Source of the DNA: a bacterium
GTDB taxonomy: Bacteria > Oederibacteriota > PGYV01 > Palsa-1178
DNA length: 64,000 nt
Assembly (NCBI GenBank): GCA_037138355.1
Contig: JBAXIL010000001.1
Coordinates: 1-64,000, forward strand
Reading direction: 5' to 3'
This document shows, one piece after another, positions 29,235 to 38,861 of this stretch (its first letter is position 1; every line of letters begins with the position of its first letter). Below the pieces are notes generated by a model. It did no database searches. It was not told the DNA's origin and saw only the letters and a program-made list of their open reading frames with translations. The position numbers and the translations under genes were made by a program.

Positions 29235-31346
29235 GTGCGTAAGAGCATATTTCTGTTTTTGTCTTTATTTATTTTGGTTTTAGGTGCTAATTCTTTAATT
29301 TTTTCTGACGATTATTCTGATACTCGTCTTATTACTTGGGAAAAAGTTAATGAGCCTTTCTTTAATAAATGGAATCCTTATGGAGTAGGCGCGAGAGCAA
29401 TGGGAATGGGCGAAGCTTTTTCTGCAATTGCGGACGATGCTTCAGCCGTATATTACAATCCTGCTGGATTGGCACAAATGGATCACAATGAATTATCATG
29501 GACGGGTGGAAGTGATTATAGCTCTGCTCCATACACAAATTTCGCAACATTTGATATGGCTTTAGGTGGACAATATTTTGCTTTGTCTTATTTAAAACTT
29601 TATCATCCTATTGGAAGATATCCAGACAAAATAGTAATTCCAGCACCAGGTGTTGGACCTGTTCCAGGTAATTTATATTCGACACAACCTTTATTTATTC
29701 CAAGTGGACTATACGAAAATTGGTTTGGTTCTTTACAAGCATCACAACAAGATTTACTTGCTAAGATGTACAGAGCATATATCAATCTTCCTTTTCAAGA
29801 AAATCAGGTAGCTTTAACTTATGCCACATCTCTTACAAGTGACAAAAGTTTTGATTTTGGAATAAATGTAAAATATCAATATACTGATGCAGCGGCAGCA
29901 AAGGTTCTTGGTTCAGCATATGATGCTTGGGCTTGGTCAATTGATTTAGGTTTTCTTTATAAAATCCGTTTGATTGAATTCCTTAAAGATTTTAACATAG
30001 GTATCATGCTTCGCGATATTTCTGGTAGGGCAAAATATTTTAATACAGGTGTAGAAAAACCTTTGTATTTCACATCCACAGTGGCTCTTTCTATGAGAAC
30101 AACAGAATTAATAGAGAATGAAATAACAAGTTTGTCTGTTGACTGGGACGCTGTTAATGATGCTGGCGTTTTTGTTAATGAAGCAAACAGATTGAAATTT
30201 GGTTTTGAACAGTGGTTTATTGATGGTCATTTTGCTGTACGCAGCGGACTTGTGTTTCCTATGAACCAGCAGCCATGGAGAATGTCTTTTGGAGTTTCCG
30301 CAAGATATTTGCTTGGCATAGATTACGCTTATGTACGGGGAATACCTTTTGATGCTAAAGCAGAAAATGAAGGTGATAGTCACTGGTTGACTCTATACTG
30401 GATGTGGGGAAAAGTTGCAAGAAAAATGCCTATGCCAGATGTTTTTGCAGCAGTAGAGCCAATATCATTCTCCCCAAGAAATGGCGAAACCGCAATTTTT
30501 AAAGTTAATGCGACATCAAAGGCAGGTATAGATAGATGGGCTTTGAGTATTCTTGATAAAAATAATAATTTAGTAAAAACTTATGTTGATATAGGAAATC
30601 CACCATCACAGATAGTGTGGAATGGTTCAGATAATAAATATCTACTTTTACCAGATGGTGAATATACTTTTATATTTGAAGCTACTGATAAGCTTGGCAG
30701 TACTTCATCAACACCTGTGCAGACAGTTAAAATTTACACTCCTGTTATAGAAGGAGTAAGTCCTGAAGCGTTAAATAAATTAAGACAATTATTAAATCAA
30801 TCAAAAGACAGAGATGTTGCAGAAGATATTGGAGAATTGAATTCAGCGAAAAAAGGAGTAGATGATCTTAAAAAAGCAAAGGCAAAACCTACTCCTCAAG
30901 AACCCCCATTACCAGCAGCGGGTTATAATACGCTTCCGGTAATTGCGGGAACACCAGGAGTATTAGGAAATGGATTAACTGGAACGGCATCCCCAATAGA
31001 TATTGTAGGATTTCCAAATATAGATTCTGGCGCGATTAGGTCGGCATATATATCCACAGGCGCAGATGGCGATAGACAATTTAATATGGATTATGTAACT
31101 ACTAATACTTTACCTAAGTATGTAATTAAAGAAATGAGTCTTATGGTAAAATCAATTGCAGAAAGTTTAGGATATTCCGTAGATAGGATAGGAATCAACG
31201 CCATTTATGGCGGTAATAATAATATGAACTTATCAGTTCCGATTGCGCAGGCGGAAAACTACCAGAGAGGTACAATCTCAGTAGACCAAATGTTAAGGGG
31301 CGCAAGTATTAATCTGAACGGTGAGATCATATATCCCAATTTTTAG
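29235..31346 (+). CDS. PorV/PorQ (UPF0164/FadL-like) beta-barrel fused to a FlgD-Ig-like domain and an unknown C-terminal domain
   Basis: GTG start after GGAGGA; GVGARAMGMGEAFSAIADDASAVYYNPAGL; later FSPRNG...IVWNGSD...LPDGEYTF. Confidence 0.8.
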   Translation: MRKSIFLFLSLFILVLGANSLIFSDDYSDTRLITWEKVNEPFFNKWNPYGVGARAMGMGEAFSAIADDASAVYYNPAGLAQMDHNELSWTGGSDYSSAPYTNFATFDMALGGQYFALSYLKLYHPIGRYPDKIVIPAPGVGPVPGNLYSTQPLFIPSGLYENWFGSLQASQQDLLAKMYRAYINLPFQENQVALTYATSLTSDKSFDFGINVKYQYTDAAAAKVLGSAYDAWAWSIDLGFLYKIRLIEFLKDFNIGIMLRDISGRAKYFNTGVEKPLYFTSTVALSMRTTELIENEITSLSVDWDAVNDAGVFVNEANRLKFGFEQWFIDGHFAVRSGLVFPMNQQPWRMSFGVSARYLLGIDYAYVRGIPFDAKAENEGDSHWLTLYWMWGKVARKMPMPDVFAAVEPISFSPRNGETAIFKVNATSKAGIDRWALSILDKNNNLVKTYVDIGNPPSQIVWNGSDNKYLLLPDGEYTFIFEATDKLGSTSSTPVQTVKIYTPVIEGVSPEALNKLRQLLNQSKDRDVAEDIGELNSAKKGVDDLKKAKAKPTPQEPPLPAAGYNTLPVIAGTPGVLGNGLTGTASPIDIVGFPNIDSGAIRSAYISTGADGDRQFNMDYVTTNTLPKYVIKEMSLMVKSIAESLGYSVDRIGINAIYGGNNNMNLSVPIAQAENYQRGTISVDQMLRGASINLNGEIIYPNF

Positions 31347-31355
31347 GAGCGAGCC

Positions 31356-32975
31356 ATGAAGAAAAAGTCATTTGTATTGTCTTTGCTTTTTGTGTTAATT
31401 GCAACATTTGCTTTTGGTGGAGCTTTTGATAAGGGTGGAGTTTTAGGTATAGGTGGTAGAGCTACTGGCATGGGAAATGCCTTTGGTGCTGTCGCTGATG
31501 ACGGAAGTGCTGTATACTGGAATGCGGCGGGATTGACACAAATGAACAGGCCCGAATTATATATATTTTTAGGACCTTTATTAAACGGAAAAGAGTGGTA
31601 TTCTTTCTTATCATTTGGTTCGCCTTTCTTTGAGGATACAGCTTGGCAGTTATCTGTAATGTCTCTTATTCATAGTGATACGAGTAATACAAAAGAGTTC
31701 ACTGTAGTTGGGAGCTTTGCTTCAAACCTCAATCTTGAAAGAACTTTTTCTGTGGGTATTAATATAAAATATCTTAATTATATTTCCACAGCTCAATTCA
31801 CGACAACTGATGGCGTTAATCTTCAGGGAATTGCACATGGTTTAGGACTTGACCTTGGAGTTCTATATCAAATACCACTTCCACAATTGGGTAAGAAACT
31901 TAACTTTGGATTATTCATACAGGATATAGATACTAATATTGATTGGTCAAATGGAACAAGCCAAGAACAAATTCCTACAGTGTTTAAAATTGCATCGGCA
32001 TATTATCTTGATGACAATCTTGTTATTACAGCTGATTATGACTTTTTTAAGGATTTAAATATAAGTGGTATTCCACTCTCAACTCCAATATATGATTCTG
32101 CTTCTGGTGTCACAATCACAGCTTTAGTGCCACAGGAAGATAGACTTCATGTTGGTTTGGAAAGTTGGTTTTTTAAAAGACATTTAGGACTTCGTGGTGG
32201 TTATACAACTTTTGCAACAATGCCAGGAAGGTTTACAGGCGGCGTATCTTACCGTGAAGATGCATGGCAAGTTGATTATGCCTATATAGGTCACGCTGAG
32301 CATCTTGGAGATTCACACAGATTGTCTGTTGCTTTAAGATTTGGCCAGCCAAAAGAACAGATAAGAGCGATTACTGTAGTAGCTCCTCCAAAAACATTGG
32401 AAGCATATGCAGCAAATGCTTCAGCAAACTTGACATGGGAAATAAATACAGATCCAAATATAACTGGTTATGCAGTATACATGAGCAAATCACCAGGAGC
32501 AAGATACATACCAATAGCTAAAAGAATAAAAGAAAATTATGTAACCATAGATGGACTTCAGAACGGTACCAGATATTATTTTGTAGTTGCTTCTATTAAC
32601 AATACTTATCCTTCGGTTGAGAGTGCTTATTCAAACGAAACTTCAGCTGTCCCAGCACCTGTTGTTCCTGGGGTTCCTGAAATATTCCCAATTTCTAAAG
32701 TCGCTAAAGTACAAAATAATGGAGTTGTAGATATTGCTTGGGGTAATATGCCAAATGATAGAATGGCTGGATACAATATCTATATAACAGAAACACCGGG
32801 AACTGGTTATAATAAATTAAATGCAGTTCCAGTAAAAGATGTTCATTATTTAGTGAGTGGCCTGGAAGTTGGAAAGAAGTATTATTTTGTAATGACATCT
32901 GTTACAAATGATACACCTCCAGTAGAATCGAAATTTACTAAAGAGTTTAGCTATATAGCAAAACCTGGAAAATAG
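31356..32975 (+). CDS. PorV/PorQ family beta-barrel fused to two FN3 domains
   Basis: GGRATGMGNAFGAVADDGSAVYWNAAGL; VDYAY...LGDSHRLS; two GYxxY...GLxxGxxYYFV FN3 repeats. Confidence 0.8.
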   Translation: MKKKSFVLSLLFVLIATFAFGGAFDKGGVLGIGGRATGMGNAFGAVADDGSAVYWNAAGLTQMNRPELYIFLGPLLNGKEWYSFLSFGSPFFEDTAWQLSVMSLIHSDTSNTKEFTVVGSFASNLNLERTFSVGINIKYLNYISTAQFTTTDGVNLQGIAHGLGLDLGVLYQIPLPQLGKKLNFGLFIQDIDTNIDWSNGTSQEQIPTVFKIASAYYLDDNLVITADYDFFKDLNISGIPLSTPIYDSASGVTITALVPQEDRLHVGLESWFFKRHLGLRGGYTTFATMPGRFTGGVSYREDAWQVDYAYIGHAEHLGDSHRLSVALRFGQPKEQIRAITVVAPPKTLEAYAANASANLTWEINTDPNITGYAVYMSKSPGARYIPIAKRIKENYVTIDGLQNGTRYYFVVASINNTYPSVESAYSNETSAVPAPVVPGVPEIFPISKVAKVQNNGVVDIAWGNMPNDRMAGYNIYITETPGTGYNKLNAVPVKDVHYLVSGLEVGKKYYFVMTSVTNDTPPVESKFTKEFSYIAKPGK

Positions 32976-33022
32976 TTTTTGGAGAAATGAGAAATATTCA
33001 TAAGAACAAAAGGAGCAAATAA

Positions 33023-33820
33023 ATGATAAGCGGTTTATACACAGCAGCATCGGGCTTGATCGCCCAGACACAGCAACAGGATGTTATAGCAAACAACCTG
33101 GCCAATGTGAATACCACAGGTTACAAAAAAGATACCGCTTTATATGTTCCGTTTCCAACTGTTTTTCTGAATAGAATTAATGATGATAAAACTCCAGTTC
33201 CAGGAGGTATGGCAGATGCTATGCCGCCTATAGGTTATATGGGTAGAGGAGTGGAATTGCGTGTGGATGGAGTAAGACCGCAAACAACAGAAGAAGGTTC
33301 TTATGTTGAGACCACCAATAATCTTGATTTGTCTATTAAAGGAAATGGTATGTTTGTTGTCATGACACCTAATGGAGAGCGTTACACAAGAAATGGTAAT
33401 TTCACGCTCGATTCAAATGGCGTATTAGTAACACAACAAGGGAATCCAGTTATGGGGCAAGCAGGAAAAATTTCATTAAATAATAACAATATACATATTG
33501 ATGAGGGTGGCAGGGTATTTGAAGATAAATCAGAGATTGATACTTTGCGTATTGCCATGTTTTCGAAAGATGATAATTTGAGGAAGGAAGGCGATAGCCT
33601 TTTTTATAAACTTGATGGGGTACCTTTAACTGAAGATCATTATGTGGACCAAGTTCAAGTTAAGCAGGGTTATTTAGAAACTTCCAATGTAAATGTAGTA
33701 AAGGAAATGGTAGAAATGATTACTGCATACAGAGCATACGAGGCTTCTGCAAAAGCAATTCAGTCACAAGATCAGACACTCGGTAAAGCAGTAAATGATT
33801 TAGGAACTATTTCAATATAA
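33023..33820 (+). CDS. flgF: Flagellar basal-body rod protein FlgF
   Basis: GLYTAASG, ANNLANVNTTGYKKD, YTRNGNF and LETSNVNVV motifs; precedes flgG. Confidence 0.9.
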   Translation: MISGLYTAASGLIAQTQQQDVIANNLANVNTTGYKKDTALYVPFPTVFLNRINDDKTPVPGGMADAMPPIGYMGRGVELRVDGVRPQTTEEGSYVETTNNLDLSIKGNGMFVVMTPNGERYTRNGNFTLDSNGVLVTQQGNPVMGQAGKISLNNNNIHIDEGGRVFEDKSEIDTLRIAMFSKDDNLRKEGDSLFYKLDGVPLTEDHYVDQVQVKQGYLETSNVNVVKEMVEMITAYRAYEASAKAIQSQDQTLGKAVNDLGTISI

Positions 33821-33841
33821 AATTTTTTAGGAGGCAATAAA

Positions 33842-34633
33842 ATGTTAAGATCACTCTGGACGGCAGCAACAGGTATGGCGGCACAGCAGTATAATATAGA
33901 TACTATTTCAAATAACCTTGCAAACGTGAATACTACTGCTTTTAAAAAGAGTCGTGCAGAGTTTCAGGATCTTCTTTATCAGACTATTAGACCTGCAGGT
34001 ATGACTAATAATATGGGTACGCAGTATCCTACGCCAATTGAAATAGGACATGGTACAAAGATATCATCTACACAGAAATCATTTATACAAGGTAATCTTG
34101 TGCAGACGGATAATCCGCTTGACCTTTCTATTCAAGGTGCTGGATTTTTTATGATTCAGAATCCAAATGGAGAAGTGGCTTATACCAGAGATGGTTCTTT
34201 TAAAGTTGATGGCTCTGGAAATTTAGTTACTTCAAATGGATATTCAATGATGCCGGAAGTTGCATTGCCTACTGATACAAGTGCTGTTGTAATTAGAGAA
34301 AATGGCGATATAGTAGTAACAGTTTCTGGACAGACAGAGGGACAGACAATTGGACAAATAAAACTTGCAAACTTTATTAATCCTGCTGGATTGGAAAGTC
34401 TTGGAGGAAATCTTTATAAAGAAACAGAAGCATCAGGTGGACCTGTTGAAGGAGTTCCAGGAATTAGTGGTTTTGGTGCACTTACACAGGGTCAGCTTGA
34501 GGCTTCAAATGTAAAAGTTGTTGAAGAAATGGTAAACTTGATTACTTCACAGCGTGCTTATGAGATAAATGCAAAAGCAATTACTACTTCAGATCAGATG
34601 TTAAGCACCGCTAATAACTTAAAGAGCAGTTAA
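33842..34633 (+). CDS. flgG: Flagellar basal-body rod protein FlgG
   Basis: SLWTAATGM, RAEFQDLLYQ, YTRDGSF and QRAYEIN motifs. Confidence 0.97.
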   Translation: MLRSLWTAATGMAAQQYNIDTISNNLANVNTTAFKKSRAEFQDLLYQTIRPAGMTNNMGTQYPTPIEIGHGTKISSTQKSFIQGNLVQTDNPLDLSIQGAGFFMIQNPNGEVAYTRDGSFKVDGSGNLVTSNGYSMMPEVALPTDTSAVVIRENGDIVVTVSGQTEGQTIGQIKLANFINPAGLESLGGNLYKETEASGGPVEGVPGISGFGALTQGQLEASNVKVVEEMVNLITSQRAYEINAKAITTSDQMLSTANNLKSS

Positions 34634-34646
34634 TAGATAATCATAA

Positions 34647-35597
34647 ATGAAATTTAAAATATTTGCTGTTTTGTTTTTTGTCTTTCTGGCAGTTGGACTT
34701 GTTGCGGAAGGACCAGAAGTTGTTCTTAAAAGCAACGACATATATATTGCAAGTGATAAAATATATCTTGGAGATATAGTTGACTTTTCAAGCATAGCAC
34801 CTAAAGATTTGGAAAAGTTGCAGACTCTTTATGTTAAAAGAGCAGCAGTTCCAGGTTTTAAAGTGGTCGTTGAAAAGGAAACAGTGCAAAATATAGTTGC
34901 AAAGGCATTTCCTTATATAGCGGTATCAGGTTTGAATTATGTAAATGTTTACACATCTAAGGGATCGGTAAGCAGAGATGAAGTTGAAAATAAAGCAAAA
35001 GAATATGTATTAAAAAATATGCCTTGGCAGTTTGAGGCGGCTGAAGTTGCAGTTAAGCATGTTAAAGGTTCTGTAGCAGTAATAGATGGAATTGTTCTTT
35101 TAAAAGTTAAAGAAGATGGAAAGTTTAATTACAAGGGTAATCTTATAGTACCTGTAGAAATAGATGTGGATGGAAAGTTCTATAAGATAGAACCAGTAGC
35201 CATGCTTATTAAAGTTAATGCTCCTTGTGCTGTGGCCCAAAATAATATTAGCAGACACTCTGGTTTGTTGATGGACAATATAATTATGGAAACGAAAGAT
35301 ATAACTTTTCTACCTGAAGCTATCATAACGGACATAGCATTTTTTAATAATAAGGTACCACTTAGAAACATAATGAAAGGTACCATAGTTACTTCTGATA
35401 TGTTTGAGAGTTTACCTTTGTTTAGAAGAGGTTCATTGGTTGATGTGGTTGTAAAGATTGGTACAATACAAGTGAAGTCTGAAGGTTCGGCACTTTCTGA
35501 TGGAAGAGAAGGTGATTTAGTGAAGGTGAAGTTAGTTACTGGTAAAACAGTAGAGGGTAAAGCGGACGCAACTGGTCGAGTAATAATAGTAAAATAA
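34647..35597 (+). CDS. flgA: Flagellar P-ring chaperone FlgA
   Basis: Signal peptide; C-terminal SAF-like domain with GSALSDGREGDLVKV; position between flgG and flgH. Confidence 0.88.
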   Translation: MKFKIFAVLFFVFLAVGLVAEGPEVVLKSNDIYIASDKIYLGDIVDFSSIAPKDLEKLQTLYVKRAAVPGFKVVVEKETVQNIVAKAFPYIAVSGLNYVNVYTSKGSVSRDEVENKAKEYVLKNMPWQFEAAEVAVKHVKGSVAVIDGIVLLKVKEDGKFNYKGNLIVPVEIDVDGKFYKIEPVAMLIKVNAPCAVAQNNISRHSGLLMDNIIMETKDITFLPEAIITDIAFFNNKVPLRNIMKGTIVTSDMFESLPLFRRGSLVDVVVKIGTIQVKSEGSALSDGREGDLVKVKLVTGKTVEGKADATGRVIIVK

Positions 35598-35622
35598 AAA
35601 TATATATTAAGGAGATAATCTG

Positions 35623-36243
35623 ATGAATAAGAAAGGATTTCTGACGGCTTTTGCCGCGATTTTCCTTATTGCTTTTTATTCGGGAGTTCTTTTTGCGGAT
35701 GAAATAATGAAAAATGAGGCTGATATTGAGTCTGTTTATACCGATCACAAAGCATATAAAGTTGGAGATATAGTAACTATAATAATTGTTGAATCTACTC
35801 AAGGTTCTCAAAGTGCTTCACTTTCTACTTCTAAACAGCAGAAGCTTCAGGCTGGAATGGGAACTGCCACATCGTGGGGCGGAGGCTTAAGCACCAGTCT
35901 ACCTGTTTCTTCATGGGGAGCAGGCGGCGCGGAATATCAAGATGGTGGTGGAAAGTCAATAAGATCAGGCTCTTTGCTGGCAAAACTTTCTGCAAGAGTT
36001 GAGAAGGTACTCACAAATGGAAATCTTGTTATTAAAGGTACTAAAATAATACTTGTAAATGATGATAAACAGAATCTTATGATTAAGGGTGTAATAAGAG
36101 CAGAAGATATAAGTTCTGATAATACTATAATGTCTACTAATGTTGCTGATGCTACAATTGAATACGAAGGAAATGGTCCAATTGGTGAGAAAACTTCACC
36201 GGGAATTTTAACCAGGATACTTGATTGGCTCGGCATATTCTAA
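35623..36243 (+). CDS. flgH: Flagellar L-ring protein FlgH
   Basis: DHKAYKVGDIVTIII, NGNLVIKG, GVIRAEDI and VADATIEY motifs. Confidence 0.93.
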   Translation: MNKKGFLTAFAAIFLIAFYSGVLFADEIMKNEADIESVYTDHKAYKVGDIVTIIIVESTQGSQSASLSTSKQQKLQAGMGTATSWGGGLSTSLPVSSWGAGGAEYQDGGGKSIRSGSLLAKLSARVEKVLTNGNLVIKGTKIILVNDDKQNLMIKGVIRAEDISSDNTIMSTNVADATIEYEGNGPIGEKTSPGILTRILDWLGIF

Positions 36244-36256
36244 AGAGGTGAAATTA

Positions 36257-37375
36257 ATGAGAAAATATTTTAGAATTTTAATTACTGTCTTAATAATTAT
36301 GGCAATTGCTGCTACAACATTGCTTGCCGTGGAATTAAGAGTTAGAAATGTTGCCAGATTTAAAGGCGTTCGCGATAATCAATTGACAGGTTTTGGACTT
36401 GTTGTAGGTTTAAAAGGAACTGGCGATAGAAATACTACTGTTTTTACAACTCAGGCAATCGTTAATATGTTAAAGAGATTTGGAATAGCCGATGCTGCAA
36501 CACAAATCAAAGTAAGAAATGTAGCAGCGGTCATGGTCACAGCAAACTTGCCAGCATTCGCAAAAAAAGGAGACAAGATAGATGTAGTAGTTTCCTCAAT
36601 GGGTGATGCCAAAAGTTTGGATGGTGGAGTATTGCTTGTAGCCACTATGAAGGGTCTTGATGATAATATATATGTGGCTGCACAAGGACCTATCTCTACG
36701 GGAGAAGGCGGAGCAACTATGGGTTCTATTGCTGCAATGTCAAATAAAATGACAACAGGTCGTGTCCCAAATGGTGGCTTGGTAGAAAAAGAAGTACCAG
36801 TTACTTTTGTCGATGATAAAAATAATATGTTCCTAATTTTAAATATTCCTGATTTTACTTCTTCAGATAGAATAACTTATGCAATTAATTCTCAGTTTTG
36901 GGGAAGTATTGCAAGTGCGGTTGATGCGAGTACGGTTAAAATTAGTGTTCCATATGATTTTCAAAATAATTTTGTTGAATTTGCAGCTGCAGTCGAAGGG
37001 CTTTATGTGGAAACAGAAGAAGTAGCAAATAAAGTTGTAATTAATGAGAGAACTGGAACTGTAGTTATGGGTGCGGATGTTACCATAGACACTTGTGCAG
37101 TATCTCATGGAAATTATAATGTGAATATTGCTGTAACAAAACAGATTTCCCAACCAAATCCTTTCGTACCAGGTGCTTCTGCTATGGTGTATGAAGATTC
37201 AAATATTAAAATGGAAGGTGCAGGAAATCAGTTAGTGACACTGCCGCAGGGAGCTAATGTACAGGACTTAGTAAATGCTTTAAATGTTCTCGGAGCCACA
37301 CCACAGGATATTATTAATATAATTCAGGCGATAAAAGCGGCGAATGCACTACACGCTGAAATTTCTATAATGTAA
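36257..37375 (+). CDS. flgI: Flagellar P-ring protein FlgI
   Basis: GVRDNQLTGFGLVVGLKGTGD, NVAAVMVTA and INERTGTVV motifs; ATG 36257 after GAGGTG. Confidence 0.97.
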   Translation: MRKYFRILITVLIIMAIAATTLLAVELRVRNVARFKGVRDNQLTGFGLVVGLKGTGDRNTTVFTTQAIVNMLKRFGIADAATQIKVRNVAAVMVTANLPAFAKKGDKIDVVVSSMGDAKSLDGGVLLVATMKGLDDNIYVAAQGPISTGEGGATMGSIAAMSNKMTTGRVPNGGLVEKEVPVTFVDDKNNMFLILNIPDFTSSDRITYAINSQFWGSIASAVDASTVKISVPYDFQNNFVEFAAAVEGLYVETEEVANKVVINERTGTVVMGADVTIDTCAVSHGNYNVNIAVTKQISQPNPFVPGASAMVYEDSNIKMEGAGNQLVTLPQGANVQDLVNALNVLGATPQDIINIIQAIKAANALHAEISIM

Positions 37376-37445
37376 TAGCTTTAACAGATTCAAGTTAATA
37401 TTCTAAGAGAAAATATTTCAAAATGATTGAGACCAAGGAGAACAA

Positions 37446-37862
37446 ATGCCAGATTTTTTAGGAAGCTCAGAGATTATCGCAAGGACGGATATGATGGGCC
37501 TTACAAATAGGTTGCAAGAAGCAACTATACAGGCAAATAAAACTGATGGAGTTAAAGATGCTAAATATCTCGCTCAAATAAAAAATGTATCTCGCGAGTT
37601 TGAATCAATCTTTCTCGGATACATGTTAAAACAAATGCGTAAAACAGTACCTGAAGATGCACTTATGGGTAATAGCCCAGCAAAAGATATATTTATTGGT
37701 ATGCAAGATGATGAACTATCAAAAGAGCTTTCAAAGGCTGGTGGCATAGGTTTGGCGGCAGTTATTTATTCTCAGCTTGCCAGTCAGGGAGCAGCAGCAA
37801 AGCGTCCGCATGTAGCTCCAGTTATGCCAATACCAATTAATAAGACAGACATAACAATATAG
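37446..37862 (+). CDS. flgJ: FlgJ, rod-binding domain only
   Basis: REFESIFLGYMLKQMRKT and GGIGLA motifs; follows flgI. Confidence 0.88.
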   Translation: MPDFLGSSEIIARTDMMGLTNRLQEATIQANKTDGVKDAKYLAQIKNVSREFESIFLGYMLKQMRKTVPEDALMGNSPAKDIFIGMQDDELSKELSKAGGIGLAAVIYSQLASQGAAAKRPHVAPVMPIPINKTDITI

Positions 37863-37878
37863 CTATATTTATAAGGGC

Positions 37879-37905
37879 AAAAGCCGGCTTTAAGCCGGCT
37901 TTTTT
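37879..37905 (+). terminator. Rho-independent terminator after flgJ
   Basis: AAAAGCCGGC-tttaa-GCCGGCTTTTTT. Confidence 0.85.
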
Positions 37906-37954
37906 AATTAATAGATATATAGTTTGTAGTTACTAAAATAAATTAAAATAAAGC

Positions 37955-37981
37955 TAAAGTTATTCGTATTATGTCCGATAT
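37955..37981 (+). promoter_or_regulatory. Sigma-28 (FliA) promoter of flgM-flgN-flgK
   Basis: TAAA-N15-TCCGATAT, against the consensus TAAA-N15-GCCGATAA. Confidence 0.8.
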
Positions 37982-38023
37982 ATATATAAAGAAGGTAAAT
38001 AGTTTCAAAAGGAGGCGAAATCA

Positions 38024-38323
38024 ATGATACCAATAAACAATTCAGGAAACATCAATCCTATCTTGCCACAAAATCTTACAGATTTAGCTACAAGTAAAAG
38101 TAAAGAGCAAGCTCCAGTTTTAAACACAGCAAATACTCCAGCAGATAAGGTTGAGATTTCAAAGCAGGCAGCAATCATCAGTAAGGCAATTGTTGCTTTA
38201 AATGAACTACCAGCAGTGAGAACAAACCTTATTGCAAACGCTACGCAGGAAAGAGTTGTACAGGACAAACAGATTCCTGCAGGATTGCTTGCTCAAAAAA
38301 TGCTTTTTGAAGACATAAAGTAA
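38024..38323 (+). CDS. flgM: Anti-sigma-28 factor FlgM
   Basis: DKVEISKQA and LPAVR motifs; size; position between flgJ and flgN; AAGGAGG RBS. Confidence 0.78.
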   Translation: MIPINNSGNINPILPQNLTDLATSKSKEQAPVLNTANTPADKVEISKQAAIISKAIVALNELPAVRTNLIANATQERVVQDKQIPAGLLAQKMLFEDIK

Positions 38324-38332
38324 AAGGAATAT

Positions 38333-38842
38333 ATGGATAAACAACTTAAAACAAGCTTCATTGTGATAGTTAAAAATCAGATTGAGCTATATAATAAACT
38401 CAAAATACTTTCAATTGCTGAACAGAAAACTTTGACGACGAAAGAAGCTCGTGGACTTGAGGATATAGTAAAGCAAAAAGAAATACTCATTAATGCAATA
38501 AAAAAGCAAGAAGATGAGAAGCTCGTTGTATTTGTTAAAATGGCTGAGAGTTTTGGTTTGAAATATACTCCAGAATTGAAACTTCAGGATTTGCTTTCTA
38601 AGGCAGGAAGTGAAGACTCAGTAGAGATTGATAAGGAAACCACTAAACTAATAATCTTGATTAAGGATATTATTACTTTAAATGTAAATAACTCCAGATT
38701 AATGAAAAATTATCTTGATTTTATGAAGTTCACTGCAGAGCTAAAAGCAAAAATTGAAAACCCTGTACAACCAATATACAATCAGGATGGGATAGTTAAG
38801 AACGCAGCAGATAAAAAAAGTAAAATAGACCAACAGATATAA
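38333..38842 (+). CDS. flgN: Flagellar export chaperone FlgN
   Basis: Helical protein with LNVNNSRLM and a C-terminal YNQDG motif; lies between flgM and flgK. Confidence 0.82.
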   Translation: MDKQLKTSFIVIVKNQIELYNKLKILSIAEQKTLTTKEARGLEDIVKQKEILINAIKKQEDEKLVVFVKMAESFGLKYTPELKLQDLLSKAGSEDSVEIDKETTKLIILIKDIITLNVNNSRLMKNYLDFMKFTAELKAKIENPVQPIYNQDGIVKNAADKKSKIDQQI

Positions 38843-38861
38843 AAACTGAAGGGAGCATACT

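Noticed and set aside
37446..37862. Short FlgJ as a possible pseudogene
   Set aside because: Single-domain FlgJ without the muramidase domain is common; the ORF is intact with RBS and terminator.
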